From assembly GCA_030141605.1 (NCBI GenBank), contig JAQGDQ010000019.1:1178001-1242000 (forward strand): a DNA stretch of 64,000 bases. The letters run 5' to 3'. The notes below the pieces were generated by a model. It was given only the letters and a program-made list of their open reading frames with translations. It made no database searches and had not been told where the DNA came from. Each line of letters begins with the position of its first letter. Position 1 is the stretch's first letter. The stretch comes from Tubiluchus corallicola. Its lineage: Eukaryota; Animalia; Priapulida. Shown here piece by piece: positions 18,179-33,100 of the stretch. A program made the position numbers and the translations under genes.

Positions 18179-18257
18179 TGATTGTTAATATTCTGTTTGG
18201 GAAGCATTTGCTTCGATGATTGTTAATATTCTGTTTGGGAAGCATTTGCTTCGATGA
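18179..18257. repeat. Perfect 38-bp tandem duplication in TRIM9 3' UTR
   Basis: tgattgttaatattctgtttgggaagcatttgcttcga x2. Confidence 0.92.
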
Positions 18258-21182
18258 CAACAAGAGCTGCCTTGCAAGCGGGAATTCTGAAAGTACAGCT
18301 TCTCTGTGTAACGGCTACACCACATTGGCGTTTTCTAGTCGAACTTTATGTGTATATAGTAATGAAATCACCTGAAATCTGCTGCGCAAGTGAGAACATT
18401 ATTCACTGATCACTACCAAAGCGCGTGGTGTCAATTGCGGTCTTAAGCTAACCGCTCGTTTACTTTAATGCATTGTATCATGTATTTATAGTAATTATTA
18501 GTTACGTGTATAAGTGATTCTTAGACTTTTGGCATTTCCTTGAATATTTGTCGATTTACTAATGTATAGATTATTTATATGTATGTGTGTGCTTAAGAAT
18601 TTTTCAATCATATTTATTTTTTGGGATAGATTCTACCATATTTGTTCAAAAATACTAAAAAATATTAACTGAATTGAGTCGGTTTCATAACTTGCAGAGA
18701 ACAGAATGATATTTCTATGGTAGTTTTTTCCTATCATGAATTTTTGCAAACCATTATTAATTTGAATAATCTGCAGAAATTTTCATAATGGCATAGCTTC
18801 CCAACTTTGTGTGGGCACAAAGTTTATGAAGAACTATTTAATGCAAAACTGAGTCTGCTTTCAAATACTCCTGGAAACAGTAATGAGAAAATGCCATGCC
18901 CGATTTGAACTGCACTTCTGACTTTTAATATTTATGACACTAAATGCTGATAAATTGACTTCTCTATTGATGCCACAGTTTTGTGCATTCAAGGGCATGT
19001 TTAACTGACAGGAGTTGGTTTTTTGCCCTCAGTTATAGATTGAGACAACTCAGAAATGCATTAGTAATCTGATGTATGGGCAGCTGGAGCTACAATTGCA
19101 CAGTGAATTTTTCACTGAAAATTCTGTTATTGAATTTTTGGTCATTTTGAAAGAGCAGTTGCACACATTTCTGTAAGCAAGAGTACAGAAATACTCTCAT
19201 CAAAGTAGCATGGTGTTATAGTCAGCCACTTTTAAAATTAAAATGACAAAAGTATGGTATAACATAATGAAAAGTGTGATAAAAGGTGAGCTGTTTGTTG
19301 CAAATGGGGGTATGATTGTATTTTGTCGATGTGTTTAATTTATAGCATTGTTTTGACTAATGTGAATAATTTTGCTTTAGTTATACAGACATTATCTATA
19401 TTACTTTTGATATGTGATGATATGACATGCTAATAGTTGCTATAAATTGTCACGCAGTTTTATTTTTTCAGTGTAGCTATGTCGTTTTTTGCCAGTTTGT
19501 TTACTGTTTTCGTTGTTATTGGCACCACGTGCCCAGTACAATACATACGTAATTACAGTTTTTTTTTCAATAACGTTACATGCAAAAACATTTTCTTGAA
19601 CTTGATTTTTTAAAAACATCCAGTATATAATCAAGTCTCACAAGAAAAAGTGGAGTTATGCTAACCTTGGGTATTAACTGTTCTACACAAAATGGACGAC
19701 ACTACGGCGTGAAAACTTGAATAATTTCACAAACTTATGCACTTGGGTGGCAAAAAGTTCACTCGTAATAAATAAGTTAGAAATAGGCAAATTTAGACAT
19801 CTTGTTGATTCACAATTTCTCAGGCATTTTATAATAAACGTGTACTACAATAGCATTAATCTGGTAATCTTGTTAAAAAACTGAATGTTGTAAAAAATTA
19901 AATAAGTAATGCATAGGTCGCTACTATTATGTTACAATTATTATTTTAATGGTGAAGTCAATCAAAGCTGTAATTCATTAAGCATAACATTTATTTTAAG
20001 ATTTTTTTCGTGTAGGCATGTACTTCTATCAAACTTATGTTCATTTGCATCCTTGTTCTTACTTTTTTCTATCACTTAATGTGAGTTCTCCCAAATTGCA
20101 ACAAAATGGAATGAATTAAATAAATTTTTGTTTCTGTGAAAATCTTGTAGCTTTTAACAAATTTTATCTATGCCAATTCTTGAAATTAATTTTTATCCTT
20201 ATGGTCTCAATACACTGTTTTTAAACAATGGGATAAAAACGGAAAGCTCAACATTTACTTGTTCTGTGAATACGTGTATTTTTAAAAAAACTGCTCTAGA
20301 CAAAGATACACATAATGTGCACATCTTAATATTATAACTCTATATTACTATATTACCCCAATGATTAAAAACTATCTGTACTTGGTACAGAATAAGTCAA
20401 ATGCAATGACTCTCAAACTGACTTCTTGATACACAACCACAAGCACACTACACTCTCCCACTCTCAGGGTAACTATTTACACAGAGGCAAAAAGTACAAT
20501 GGCTGCAGAGAGTACAATTGAAACATAATTTACAGCACTCTAAGCAAAACCCTATGAGCTAAAAAGCTCAAAATGTAATAAATACACATGATACCATATT
20601 TACATATAATACGAATCTGTACAGCATTACAATGGAATTTCAAATTAACAAATAAAGTACTAAGTTTAACTACACAACACAGTATTTAACATAATATCAC
20701 AAGCACACTAGGTTGTGGAAAGTTGTGTGGATACTCTAACACCAGTAAAGTGAAAAACCTGGCTTGGAAAAATAAAGGAGTATTAGCATCTAACAGAACT
20801 TAACCTAAAACAATGTACAACATAGAAAATTTCTACAGTTGAACTATGTTGGAGGAAGCAATTACATCATGATGAATTTAATTGTCTTAAGCAACACTTA
20901 TACTCAGAAGCAAAACCGTTTTTAAATTACTGAATTGAAAAATCTTGATGATTTTTAGGATATGAAAACTGCGTATATCCCAAGTACCACATTATGAGCT
21001 TCACCAAAACCAAAGCTGCTGAAATTATTACAACATAAAATAGCAGCACATTAATTATAAAAAAATGACTGCAAATGCATGAACTGACTGTGCTTTGTAG
21101 TACATCTTACTTTATACAACAGGTGAAACACTAGGCCTACTAATTACAAATGAACTTGCACCGGTGTGCTAAAAAACTCGTG

Positions 21183-24100
21183 TCAATCTTGCATTTCCTC
21201 AGGCATGTCATGCGGATTGATTATACCCGGGACTGTTAGTTGGATGCGCCGCTTTTCTTCCTGAGCTTGACGTAATGCCTGTTCCCGCTCTTCTAAGAAC
21301 AAGTCAGACAAGTCTTCTCCTGCAAATTCCTGAAAGAAAAAAAAACAGTTTTTATTAAACAAATATATTTCCCTTGTCTTGCACAAATGAAGTAAAGGTG
21401 CAAGTTTGTTTGATACCAGATTTTGTGGATAAATCAAGTTTCGCGATATACCGTTATTCTCGGGACTGGTTCGAATCGCAAAACAAGGGCTTTCCCAATC
21501 AATATGTTGACAGTCTGATTAAGGTCACATCAACAGATAAAAAGAACATTATAGAGCAAAAAGCACAAATGAAAGCTAACTATTCTTGTTATTCATACTA
21601 CACGAGGGATTGCACAATCATAAAATGCTATTTAAACTGATACAGTTCTATTTAATACACATGTTAGTTATAAAAGCAGTAACAGAGCTTAATTCTTTGC
21701 ATTTAAGTTTAACCTTAACACAACATTTTTATTTAGAATGACAGGCATACAGGAGCTTAAAGACCATTAAATTGGTCTCAACTTACACATACCCTACTTA
21801 CTTAAAAATATGAGCATGAGTTCTTTTAATGCTAAAAATGGCAATACATCCCAATATGTATCCCATTACTAGAATAGTATTCAACACCGAATGCTGTTTA
21901 CTATTCAGTCATCTAGTACTTAAAAAAAACTAAGCTAAAGAATGCGCAAAGATATGCCAGGTGCACCACCGTAGAATTTACCAAGTAATCGGCAACTGAT
22001 TAGAAGAAATAACCAGCTGATTACAGATTAATTCACCGATTATTTAAAAAATTGGAAGACCATTCTGTTTTACCCTGTTTTTTGTGTTTAAGTTTGCGCA
22101 ATCTGTAAATAAATAGCTGCTAAGAGCACTGTAATTCATTTCTATGTTTCCTTTGTTTAATCAACTCTAGTCATCTACTTTTATTTTAAAAACACTGATT
22201 TTGATTGTTGTCATCCTTAATAATTCCATATAGGTTAAAAAACTAACGGTAAAACACGTTAACAAACAAAAGAAAGCATGTGGATGCATGCTTGTAGGAC
22301 ACCATTGTTTCCAACAAGCGTTGTGTAAAAATGACCTGCCCCGGGTCATCACAGGTGACTCGACAATAAAGATTACATGGATTTACCATCGTAATTCAAA
22401 CTGCGAAAAAGTTCAGAAATTTTCATTTGTTTAATTTATTAATTATTGCATTTCTACTAGGCTTCTCCTGGAATATTTCTGGCATTTTTAGATAAGACAT
22501 TATTTGCAAGTATCGGTCGATAAGCCACATATTAAAGACACAATCGGCCAATTACCGAGTACTTGAAAAAACTGATTAAGTCAGTGCATTCCTAACCATT
22601 ATACCTTTATTTGTACAAGAAAGTCTCGCAAATGATCCTTAAATGCTGGAATATCTTGATCAAAATTGAATAGACCTGCTACGGTAATCTTTATTTGCGG
22701 CCTAAATTAAAAAAAGTTTGATCTGTAAACATCACACATGACTCGTTTTCCTTCACACAAAAAAGATTCAATTTCATCACAAAATTTTAGAAACAAATTT
22801 CCAAGTTACGTATTACACAAATAGCTTTTCATTTATACATTAATCTTTCACACAAAAAAAGGTAAACAGTAAATATATATTTCATGAATTAAATTTTCAT
22901 ATGTAAAACAAAAAATAACATTGCAATAACCATCACTATAAAATAGAATAAAAAAACACACTAATGTATGGTACACAAATTAGCTTGCTAACTACTAACA
23001 CGTTGTAAGTTCAGATGGCTAGGACAATTCAATATCATTAAACAAAAAATGATGACTTGGTAAACTTACTCAGTTAAATGAGGAAAGGCAGCTTTCAACA
23101 GATTGGCAACGTATTGCTGTACATACTCCATATTAGACGACACTGCATTACTGCTGTCTAGCGTAACTGTAACTTTGCCCGACTCAACAATGTTGAACAT
23201 GTATGCAAGAATAGTTGCCTGCATTGTCAAACCTAAAAAAATGCAAAATCAATGTCAGCATGTTCATGATTTCTTCTCATAATTATTCACTGAACGCTAC
23301 TGAAACTTCTAATTTCACTCACACTGACACAAGTCAAAACATCACGAGATATGCAAAACCCATGTGCATATATCAACATATGAACTTCTACACTCCCAAA
23401 ATAATATATAAATGCATACCTGCTGCATGGGAAGTATCAGTAACGACAGAAAACAAGTGTTGTAATATATCAGTATAGTACGTCTGGTAGAAGCTCTGAG
23501 CTGCTTGTTCGTGCTGAGCTACATTCTAAATTCAGAGAAAAAATGAGCTTATCCAAGATGAGAAAGATTAATATATAGGTACAGATTTACAATTATAGTC
23601 TCTGTTTCAATCAATCCATGTTTAAAATGTATCTTAGACTCCATTACGGAAAAATAGCTTTAGTCATTGGCCAACTAGATTTTTGTAGGGTCTTTATTAA
23701 TGGTTGGGACTAATTAATTGATTTTAGCTATTATTTCCAAACATCGAATATTTTTTCAGCTGCCAACGCTAACTGATTGCATTACCAGTGCCATTTGCAC
23801 TCACTTTTGGGAAAACCACAAACAGCTGTGAATGTGATGAAATCAAGCGACATGTCAACCTTTGCACAATAACTTATCGCCGTAGCGATGCTGTTTAGAC
23901 ACGAAGGTTTTTCATAGGCACAAGCACATGGTTTTTGTAAACAAAAAAAGTACGTATAAACTCACGAACAACGACAACTGTTTTCTTTGACTGTCTTGTA
24001 AAATCCAAATTAAAAAAATAAACTCATTCTTTACTTTAAACTTTTTCTACCAGCATTGTAATTAATGCAGCGATGGTAAACCTAACAAACTTGTTACTGT

Positions 24101-27100
24101 CAGAGCGTTATTCATTAAAATTTTTGAAATTATTACTTTATGCTTGAAAACCAATTACAATTGATTATGAAAATGAAACTGATGTCCCACCAACACTATT
24201 TATAAAAAGGAATAGGTAGCTTTTCAAACTGAACAGCATCTGCACTAAAGAGTTTACTCTAATTTTACTACTGTATCACTGTACAATACACTGAGCTCAA
24301 GAATAACTTTTGGGCCATTGAACAGATTCATCAATGTCACATAAAATTTAGTGAACACAGCATTATTCTGATAACACAAGTACATAAATTTTTCCATGTT
24401 CGATGTAATACTTCAAGTCACATTAATTTATTACAAGTGTTAATCATAAACCTGTTAAAATAACATAATAAAATATTATTTCTTAGAGGCTTTTATTTAT
24501 TTATCACGATGTCAGTACACTTTTCATTACGTACTTTGACTAAAAGATAGAATGCCAGATTTTTTCTTTTAGCCAAATTTCCACTTGCAGTATTATAAGT
24601 ACACACGAGTATGAATATTCAGCTTACCTGTAATAACTGGTAGAGAATTTGCAGCCCAATATCAGCAACATTACGCATTGTGTGTTTAAATGCCCAGATA
24701 ATTGAATCCAAAACTAACTTGAACTGAACTGGAGGAATTTGCAAAAATGCTGAAAATAAAGAAGTCGGGTTTTAAAAATAACAGCCCAAAAAAATTCAAA
24801 GAAAACACTACCAAGTCCTCAGTTTAAACATAATGTAAAAAATGTGATTTATTTGTAACTTAACCATACTGAACATACAGCTGTACATACAACTAAGTTT
24901 ACAATACCTGGAAAGCAATGAGAATTCACAGCCTGTAAAAGTAGAAAGAAATTGGTCCTATGCTCAGGATACTCTTCAAAGTCCTTATTGATCATTTCAA
25001 GTGTGCATTCAAACACTGCATCAAAAATCTGAGGTATCTCTCCAGTGATATGATTCTAGAATCAATCAAAACATGAACATGAGCATACAGAACACAACCA
25101 CTTTTATAGCTCATGGATGCAAATATTAAGAATGGAAAATTTTAAGCTAGACTAACCGCATAAGAACATTTTGGCCAGGGATGGCCGATCATAAAAAATC
25201 CTGATTGCGATTATTCCTATCCACATGATCCTGATGACCGATCATGCCCGATAGCAAGTTACTGTAGCAGGAGATACTCCATGCTTAACTTAAAACTAGA
25301 GCTTTGTTTGTTTGTTACGATTTTAGGTTCATATCTTTTCAGTTTGACAGTCATTTGTTTGTGTTTGTCCTCAGCTTAATTTGTCACTAGAAGTTCTACA
25401 GTTATTTTTGAGTTAATTTAACTTTTTAAAGGATTTGCTGTCCTTTCTTTATACTTTTTTGGTCTATGTACTTATTGGGTAAAATTACGAAAAAAAAGAA
25501 AAGTATTAGACCAAGAATTTACACATGAATTACAAACTAAGTCACGCTGCGTGTGAATCAGCAATTAAGCAAATTTAATAAATTTCGTCTAAATGAAATT
25601 TAACCGAAAGGGCAATTATTAGCAAAAGCAAACCAAACCGAAAATTTCGTTTTGGTAACATCACTGTGTGAATTACAAACTAAACTGTGCCGTGTGTGGA
25701 CCGGCAACTATGTGATAACTACTAGTTACAAGAAGCTGCTTTACTGTGTCCAAAGCAAAACGAACTCTAGGAAAAAGCAGAAATTACTAGCTTTTTTCAG
25801 GTTTCCATATAACTAAATTAACAAATCACAAAAAAGATCAGTTATTGTAGTTCATCTTTAAATAGCTCGCCAAAAGTCTTTGATGTCTGATTTAAGTATA
25901 TATGGCCGGTAAACATTATTATAGACATGGCTATGATGATCAAAATGTACATAGTAGTTCATTTTTATGATACAACCAGTTGATGTGGCCTGTGGGATTG
26001 CTCTGATGTAAATATTAAACACATAGCAAGTATCGTGTTTTACAAATTAGAAATTTATTTTGCTATTGCATTAGAAAGTGGAGAATTTTGATTTTAAACA
26101 CAATTCAAGCATGTAAGTAAAAGTGAAATTTAGCATTAGTGTACTGAATCTACTTTTTGAATGAAGTTTGTCAGTTAAGTGTGTGCCAATTTTTTACGTT
26201 TCCCGATTCCGATATTAGACAGCCGGGAAGCAAATATGATCGAGCCCCGACAGCCGAATGTACGATCCCCGAGTCTGACTGAACCAAATTGATGAATGCA
26301 ATAAACATTTTTGTACTTTCACGGATCTAATATTAAGCAAAATATTTTTATTGGGTTATAATTTTATCAATGTGCAATTTTCACTGCTTATGACATAAAT
26401 TAATTTTAAACTAATTTTGGAGTATCTGCAACAAATGTAGAGTAATCAAAGCAAATTCAGAAAGCACCAGCTCAAACATACTTCAAGTTTATTGACAATA
26501 GTAGCCATTGTACTGAGAACTTCTGGTTCACGTGCAGCAAGAACATTGCGTTGATAATCATTAAGCACTGCATCTAGTAATGGTGGAATGAAGTTTTCAC
26601 AAACCTAAAGCAAAAAACCACCAAGTTAAATGTTACCTGCATACTGAATCACCAATAAAAATACTTCTACATACTGTATTCAAGTTAGTTCTAACGGTCA
26701 AGCAAAAAAAGTTGCAATTCACACTTACCATTTGAGGATCTACAGACCGGCTCACCCAACCAGATATCAGTTTTAAAGTTTCTTTTTTAACAGTTCTCAT
26801 CGCTCTGATGAGAGGTTGTTTTGTCACCTGCTCTCCATTGCGAGAAATGGCAGCACTGATGTTCTCTGATAATACCTTGTACACATTCAACATGTCGAGA
26901 TAAATTCTTCCCAACTGTAAAAACCATGTCACAAGATTAACCGCAATCTTGGTAATGAAACTAAAGCAGGTTTTACACCAACAATGCACAAATAATTAAT
27001 TGGCAATCGCTAAACGGCACAATTACATTTTAACACTTTTGATGGTCTTTGGTCCTGTCTCTCTCTCTCTTTCGGATCATACAGCAGCATGGGAACCATA

Positions 27101-30100
27101 AAACTTCAGTATCCAATAAAATCACAAGGGAAAAAAACGGGGATGTTTTCAATACATATATACTTTCAGTTTAAAAGTGATGCAAGAGATGAACACTTCT
27201 TTTTGAGCATTTGGAAAAAAATCAGATTTTTTTGTTTAAAAGTAAGCCAAGTTGTTAATCACATCCAATCTGTGGTTGCGTCCACCAAGTACATGCCTTT
27301 AGAAAGAATGGATAAATGTTATAGTGGGCATCCTTCTAATTGCTAATTAACTTCCTTAACATCTTTTTCAACATAAGTCTTTCAGAAATAATGCAAAAAA
27401 AACATTAAAAATATACAACTTTACGAAAATGAAAACAAAGGATATACTAGGTCAGATTTAGGTTACTTATTGAAACTATCAGCAAACGAGAAAACAATGG
27501 AAGATAAATAGGCATATAAATAATTGCAAAGTAGAGAAATATAGTGTGACGTTGAAAAGAAAATGACATCAAAGTGAAAAGGCCATATGTTACAAGAAGT
27601 AACTTTTGTTCTAATGCCAGAATTTCTGTTGGTATTTCCAACTTAAAAATAAAAACCTATTTGTTTTTGTTAAACTAGGTAGTGCTCACTCTCACCATTA
27701 CTCAAACACCTTACCCTTATATGAATCGGGTACGTCAAGATTAGTTTGTCTTTAGCAAGGACATGTCACTATCAAATATTTGAAAACTAGTAAAATAATG
27801 TACTAAAACTTACTAAGATTGGCTAGGGAAAGCAGATTTAACTTGAATTCTGTGGAGTGTGGACAACAGTATACGTAAAAGTTTGGCAGAAAGAGCTTAA
27901 CAGAATAGATAATAACAGATGCTAACTCTTCAACTTGAAGATATTCATTACTGCGAAACAGAAAAGGTCGAACAAGAATTCATGGAGCATATAAATTAAA
28001 ACAGGTTAAGAATGAGTAACGCTGCAGAAGTGCAAGGCATTGTACAATGATACAACAAAAGAATTTTTTGACTTCATTAAACCAAAAATTAGCTACAGTT
28101 ATTCATAATTACTTGTGACAATAGTTTCTATGATTTTTAGTGCTCAAGAGAAAAATCTAATTTTTTGCTAAAATGCACAGTAAACAGTTAGCTGAAATTG
28201 ACAGGGGATAGTCAAGTGCATTAAAACATTGAATTCATCTGGATTTTCCAAAACAAAGTATCTGTACTTTGTGATATTTGCTGTTAGCAATTTATCTTTT
28301 TACACCTACTTGTTTGTTGAAACTATCTTATATTGTGAATTAAACATTACAGTTAAAATTAAAAAAGGGGTCTTCTGCTTAATTACTGGTAACATGAACT
28401 ACATATAGCAACAGCAAATTGTTGCATTGTTGCAAATTGTTACATTAAGCAACTATTACAGCAAATTGTTGAAAATATTACTGCTGCACATAACAGTCAT
28501 GCCTGTACAAAACAACACACCTGCACCATATATGGATGACCGAGAGCTTTGCAAGCTCGCACATTTGTCTTTAGAATGTTCCCTAGTTGTTTGACAGCAT
28601 CTTCATCTTTTAATACATCAACATTTTTCGTTGCCTGATTAATAATACCATCCCAAGCCTGGTTAGGCAATGCCATATACTTTTCTATTAACCTTTCTTG
28701 TGCCATGGCATCATTTTGAGCACTAATCATGTAACCTGCAAGAATACCAGGACGTTAGTATACCATTACCACACACCCAAATTTTAACTGGTTGCACTTA
28801 TAAATGAGAATTACAAACTTATAAACAGCTCACAAAAAATGTACTGCAAATTCTGTCACTCCTTAGCAGATGTGCACATCTTTTATGTAACACCCGAGCA
28901 AACAACTTAAGAAAAGAGATAGCTCCATTTTTAGTTTTTCGTGTCAATTGTTTAGTCTGCAGTTTAAAATCTGTTTAATATCAAACTGCACCCAATGTAC
29001 TGGCCAGCAATTGTTTAAAGTGACCCGCGGTGGAATTTACTTACAAGATTACCTGGTCTATAAAACTCCACGCACTGTGATGCACACACTATAAAACTGT
29101 ACTAGACATGTATAACAGGTTGTGCCTTAATTGAGAGTGAATAAATCTCTGCAGTGCATATGGCTGTAACATCACGTTAATAGGTTTTATAACAAAAATT
29201 CACATTTCAGTAAAATAATTTCCATTTTTTCAAACAGTCTCACAAAATATTCTTTTTTTCTGAATGTTAACAAAATCAAATCGAGCACACAGTAACCTGG
29301 AGCACAGTGAATTTTATTGCTCTATTAAGCACTTTTAACTTGAACTACTTATTGACTTGAACAATAATTCATTCCATTTATTAAGAGTTACATAGTGTTT
29401 CATTAGTACAAATTAAGTAGTATGTACTGTACATACCAACGGCTTCATAAAACGTATGCACTTGCTGCGGCTGGAGATCACAGATAATAGAGCTAATCTG
29501 GTTGAGGATTTCGTCAATGAATGGCATAATCTCTCCAACCTGAACTTGCACAAAATGCCGCCGACATTTTTGTGCAATCTTAATGAAGGTGTCACACGCC
29601 ATATCTTGAACACCGTCGTGCGTTTCTGTATAAAAGTAAATGCATCATTTGTGAAAATCATCCAGAAGCAGCAACACTGATAGTATTATCCTGCGCATTT
29701 AAAACTATTGCGTTTATACAGCAAAAATGGCATTATAAAGTAGTGCTGTTCCGGTTAATCGATTTTATCGAGAGTCAGTCGATTGCTTACAATAAGTGCA
29801 AGATTTTGCACACTTTGCTATCCGTTTCTGCCATTTAATTGCAGTATCGATACAAATAGAAAAGTTATTTAGCAAAAGAAATTGTCGACAATCAGCACTA
29901 AAGCAGCGCGGTTTACAGCAAGGTTCAATATGGGATGTTTTTCCTGCAGCGCTTGCCATTGTGACACTCTGACTGATCTCCCGCATTGAGGCACAGGAGT
30001 GAAAAGCAGCATCTGCAATTTTTTTGTTTAGTTCTCATTGCTCTGTCAATTGTAATCGGGGTCAAAAAATCTTACCGGACTGGCAGACGTAGTCCACTGG

Positions 30101-33100
30101 ATATTTCTAGCAGAAGAAACCTTTTTTTGAAAATATTTTTTCTCAAAATTTCATTAGAAGTTTCGATTTTTTTTCCTCTCTTTATTAGTAAAAATGACGA
30201 AACTGTTCCACATTCTAGTACCCATCAAAGTCACAACGCAATTATTACTTCAGGTACAATAATATTTTTTCTGCGTGTCTGCATATGCTGCAATTTGTCT
30301 CTAAGTATTGTGTTGCACTCAAAAACTTGGCAGCCACAGAACACACAGGTACAGTAGTACCTCTGTTTTCGAAGATTAATTCATTCCTAAAAAGTGTTTG
30401 AAAACCGGTTTGGTTGAGAACCGAATCATTTATTCCCATAAGAAATAATGTAAAAGCAAATAATCTGTTCTCAAGCACCAAATGAACTGTAAAGTATTAA
30501 TAAAACGAAATATAATAATGCAAAAATGTTTATTCAAACAGTAGATATGATGTAATTGATAAGAAAAACATAATAGAATTACGTTGAAAGAAAAACATAA
30601 TTGTTCCTGCACGAAAAAGCGGAGAAAAATAAGTGGAGAAAGCACTTAGCGATGTTAGGCGATTCAAATCTTGTGCTACTCTTGGGTGCAGTCGGTTACG
30701 CTCAGCTCTACTCAACTCGCCGCGCATGCGTTCATCACATGTTTGGCGGTTGATCGAGTACCGAAATTCTGGTCGAGAGCGGAAACAATTTCAGCTGGAA
30801 TTTTCTGGTCGAAAACCGATTTGTACGAGTACGGAGACGTTCGACAACGGAGGTATGACTGTATAATGCATGTGCACAGTAACTATACAGTAACTGAAAT
30901 ATTATAGTAGGGATCTCGTTCTATAAATAGGCTTGCTGCTATAAAGATAAGATATATTGATTTTTGCAGTAGCGCAGTTAGCCTTACAAGTCTCGTCAAT
31001 CTGCAGTACTAAAATTCACTTCATAATAAGCTGACTCATTGAGTTGAGGTTGGCTTAAATTATACTATTATGGTGTTAACGTAGCAAATGGCCCTGCGAC
31101 CTAGTCACCAACCAGTACATGTCATGTGCTAATATGTTAGAAACTTCATCACTTAATTACTGTTTGACGCCAAAAAGAACTTCCTTCAGTCAGTTGCGCA
31201 ACACCAAACATAAGAAGCACCTAAATGGGTTAGAAGTTTTGCAGAATTATTATTATTTGAAGTTGCGTCCCAGCAAAGTGATAGAACCGGTGAGCCAAAC
31301 AAAATAAATGGCTCCGTTCTTAACATAGTTCTCAGAAATTTTGTGGAACAGTATTTAAGGCAAAATTATCTTGCTAAGCATCATAGTTTTAAATCACTTA
31401 ACTCCACTATTCTTGGTGGCTATATAAACTACTAATTAATACTATGAGTGTGTGTAATAACAGTTTGAAGATAGCAACTGTATTAACAATGGGAATACAT
31501 GTACGTAGTAAAAATTCTAATAAAACTGACATTTTAGAAGTCAAATTTTTCAAATTTTCATGGTCTCTGTGCCCCTTTGCACAAGGATAAAAGAACATAT
31601 AACTGTCTGAACTAATTTGGTTATCAGACACACCTATAACAAGTCAACAGTTTTCTTACCATGCATGAATTCAAACAACTTGTTCACAACAGTCTTGAGA
31701 AACTTCCAATGTGCGCGTAAAAATCGGGGATACTGACCAACAACATACATTATATTAGAGGCTATAATTGCTTTGTTATCCTTGCCTCTCTTCTGCTCAC
31801 AGAGGCCAAGCAAGTCTTTAATAACAGTGACTAGGAATCGTTTTTCATCTTCTTCGTGCATAGCACCACTTATAGAGCCTATAGCCCAACATAACTAGAC
31901 AAAAATAAAAGCAATAAAGTTCACACATATAACTTCACAATAAATTGTGGAACAGCAATTTCGGCACTTTGTGACAAATTAAGCAAGTAGACAAATTGAT
32001 AGCAAGATGCAAAGAATAATGTAGATGATTAATGCGTGTATCAAATTTACTTCAGTTACTAGTTCTTAGTATACTATTAGTTACTCACAGTATTGAGATT
32101 TTTCCAAGACCACTCGGTACCATTTACTTGTGCATGAAGTTTTTCAGTCATTATTCGTTCTGTGTCTGCATAGCCAAGATGAGTTAAATAAACTGAAAAA
32201 GAGTGGTGGTCAAAACTCAAATAAATATACATTTACGTCATACATAAAATACACTTTACAAAGTTTATAAGCTATTAATAGCAGACTAGCTAGGTAAAAT
32301 ATGTGACATACCTTGCTTATAACATTTTCACTACCCACTATAGTGCAACTTTTCTCACAGAACACTGCACAGGGGCAGATGCACCAAACAGTAATTTACC
32401 ACAAATAAGATAACACAAATCTAGTCCAGTATCACATCTACATTGCTAATCTGTTGACCACTGTTATAATGCTGATGCTCTAGTTAACTAAGTCTGATAG
32501 CATATATGCATGTGACCATGGCCTACTGAACTTCATAGTTACTTTTTCTACTTAGTATAGTGCACAAATTTAAATTTTGTAAACATTTGACAATATTCAA
32601 TGCCCAATAAGACACAGAAATATTTGGTCGTCATAAAAATGAAATAGATGTATGTGTACTGTAATTACCTAAAGTTTCTCTCATGTTTTTATACATATTT
32701 ATAGCATCGGTATCCTTCATGAATTCTCTTACTACCTCCCCCTGCTCATTTTCCACAACCAACACCTCTTCAGGCTTTGCCATACGCCCAACCATTATCA
32801 ATCGAACCTGTAACATTAAACCCGAAGACTTATAATTTAAATTGCTTTAGTTTTACATGACTTATCTGCTAAATAGTACAAAAAATGAAGTGATAAGTCA
32901 AATAATGCCATAAATGGCCAGAGCATAAATTGAAAATTAAAGACGTATAAGTAATTCGGCTCACACCTGTCACTTACTGCACTTGTCCTCACAATTTTTC
33001 TTTAAAGAGGGCAATTTTGAACATGTAAATGATGCAATCTCACTCATATATAAATACATATGGAGTACTGTTTAGTACTCAGGACCAGAAATTTGTTATA

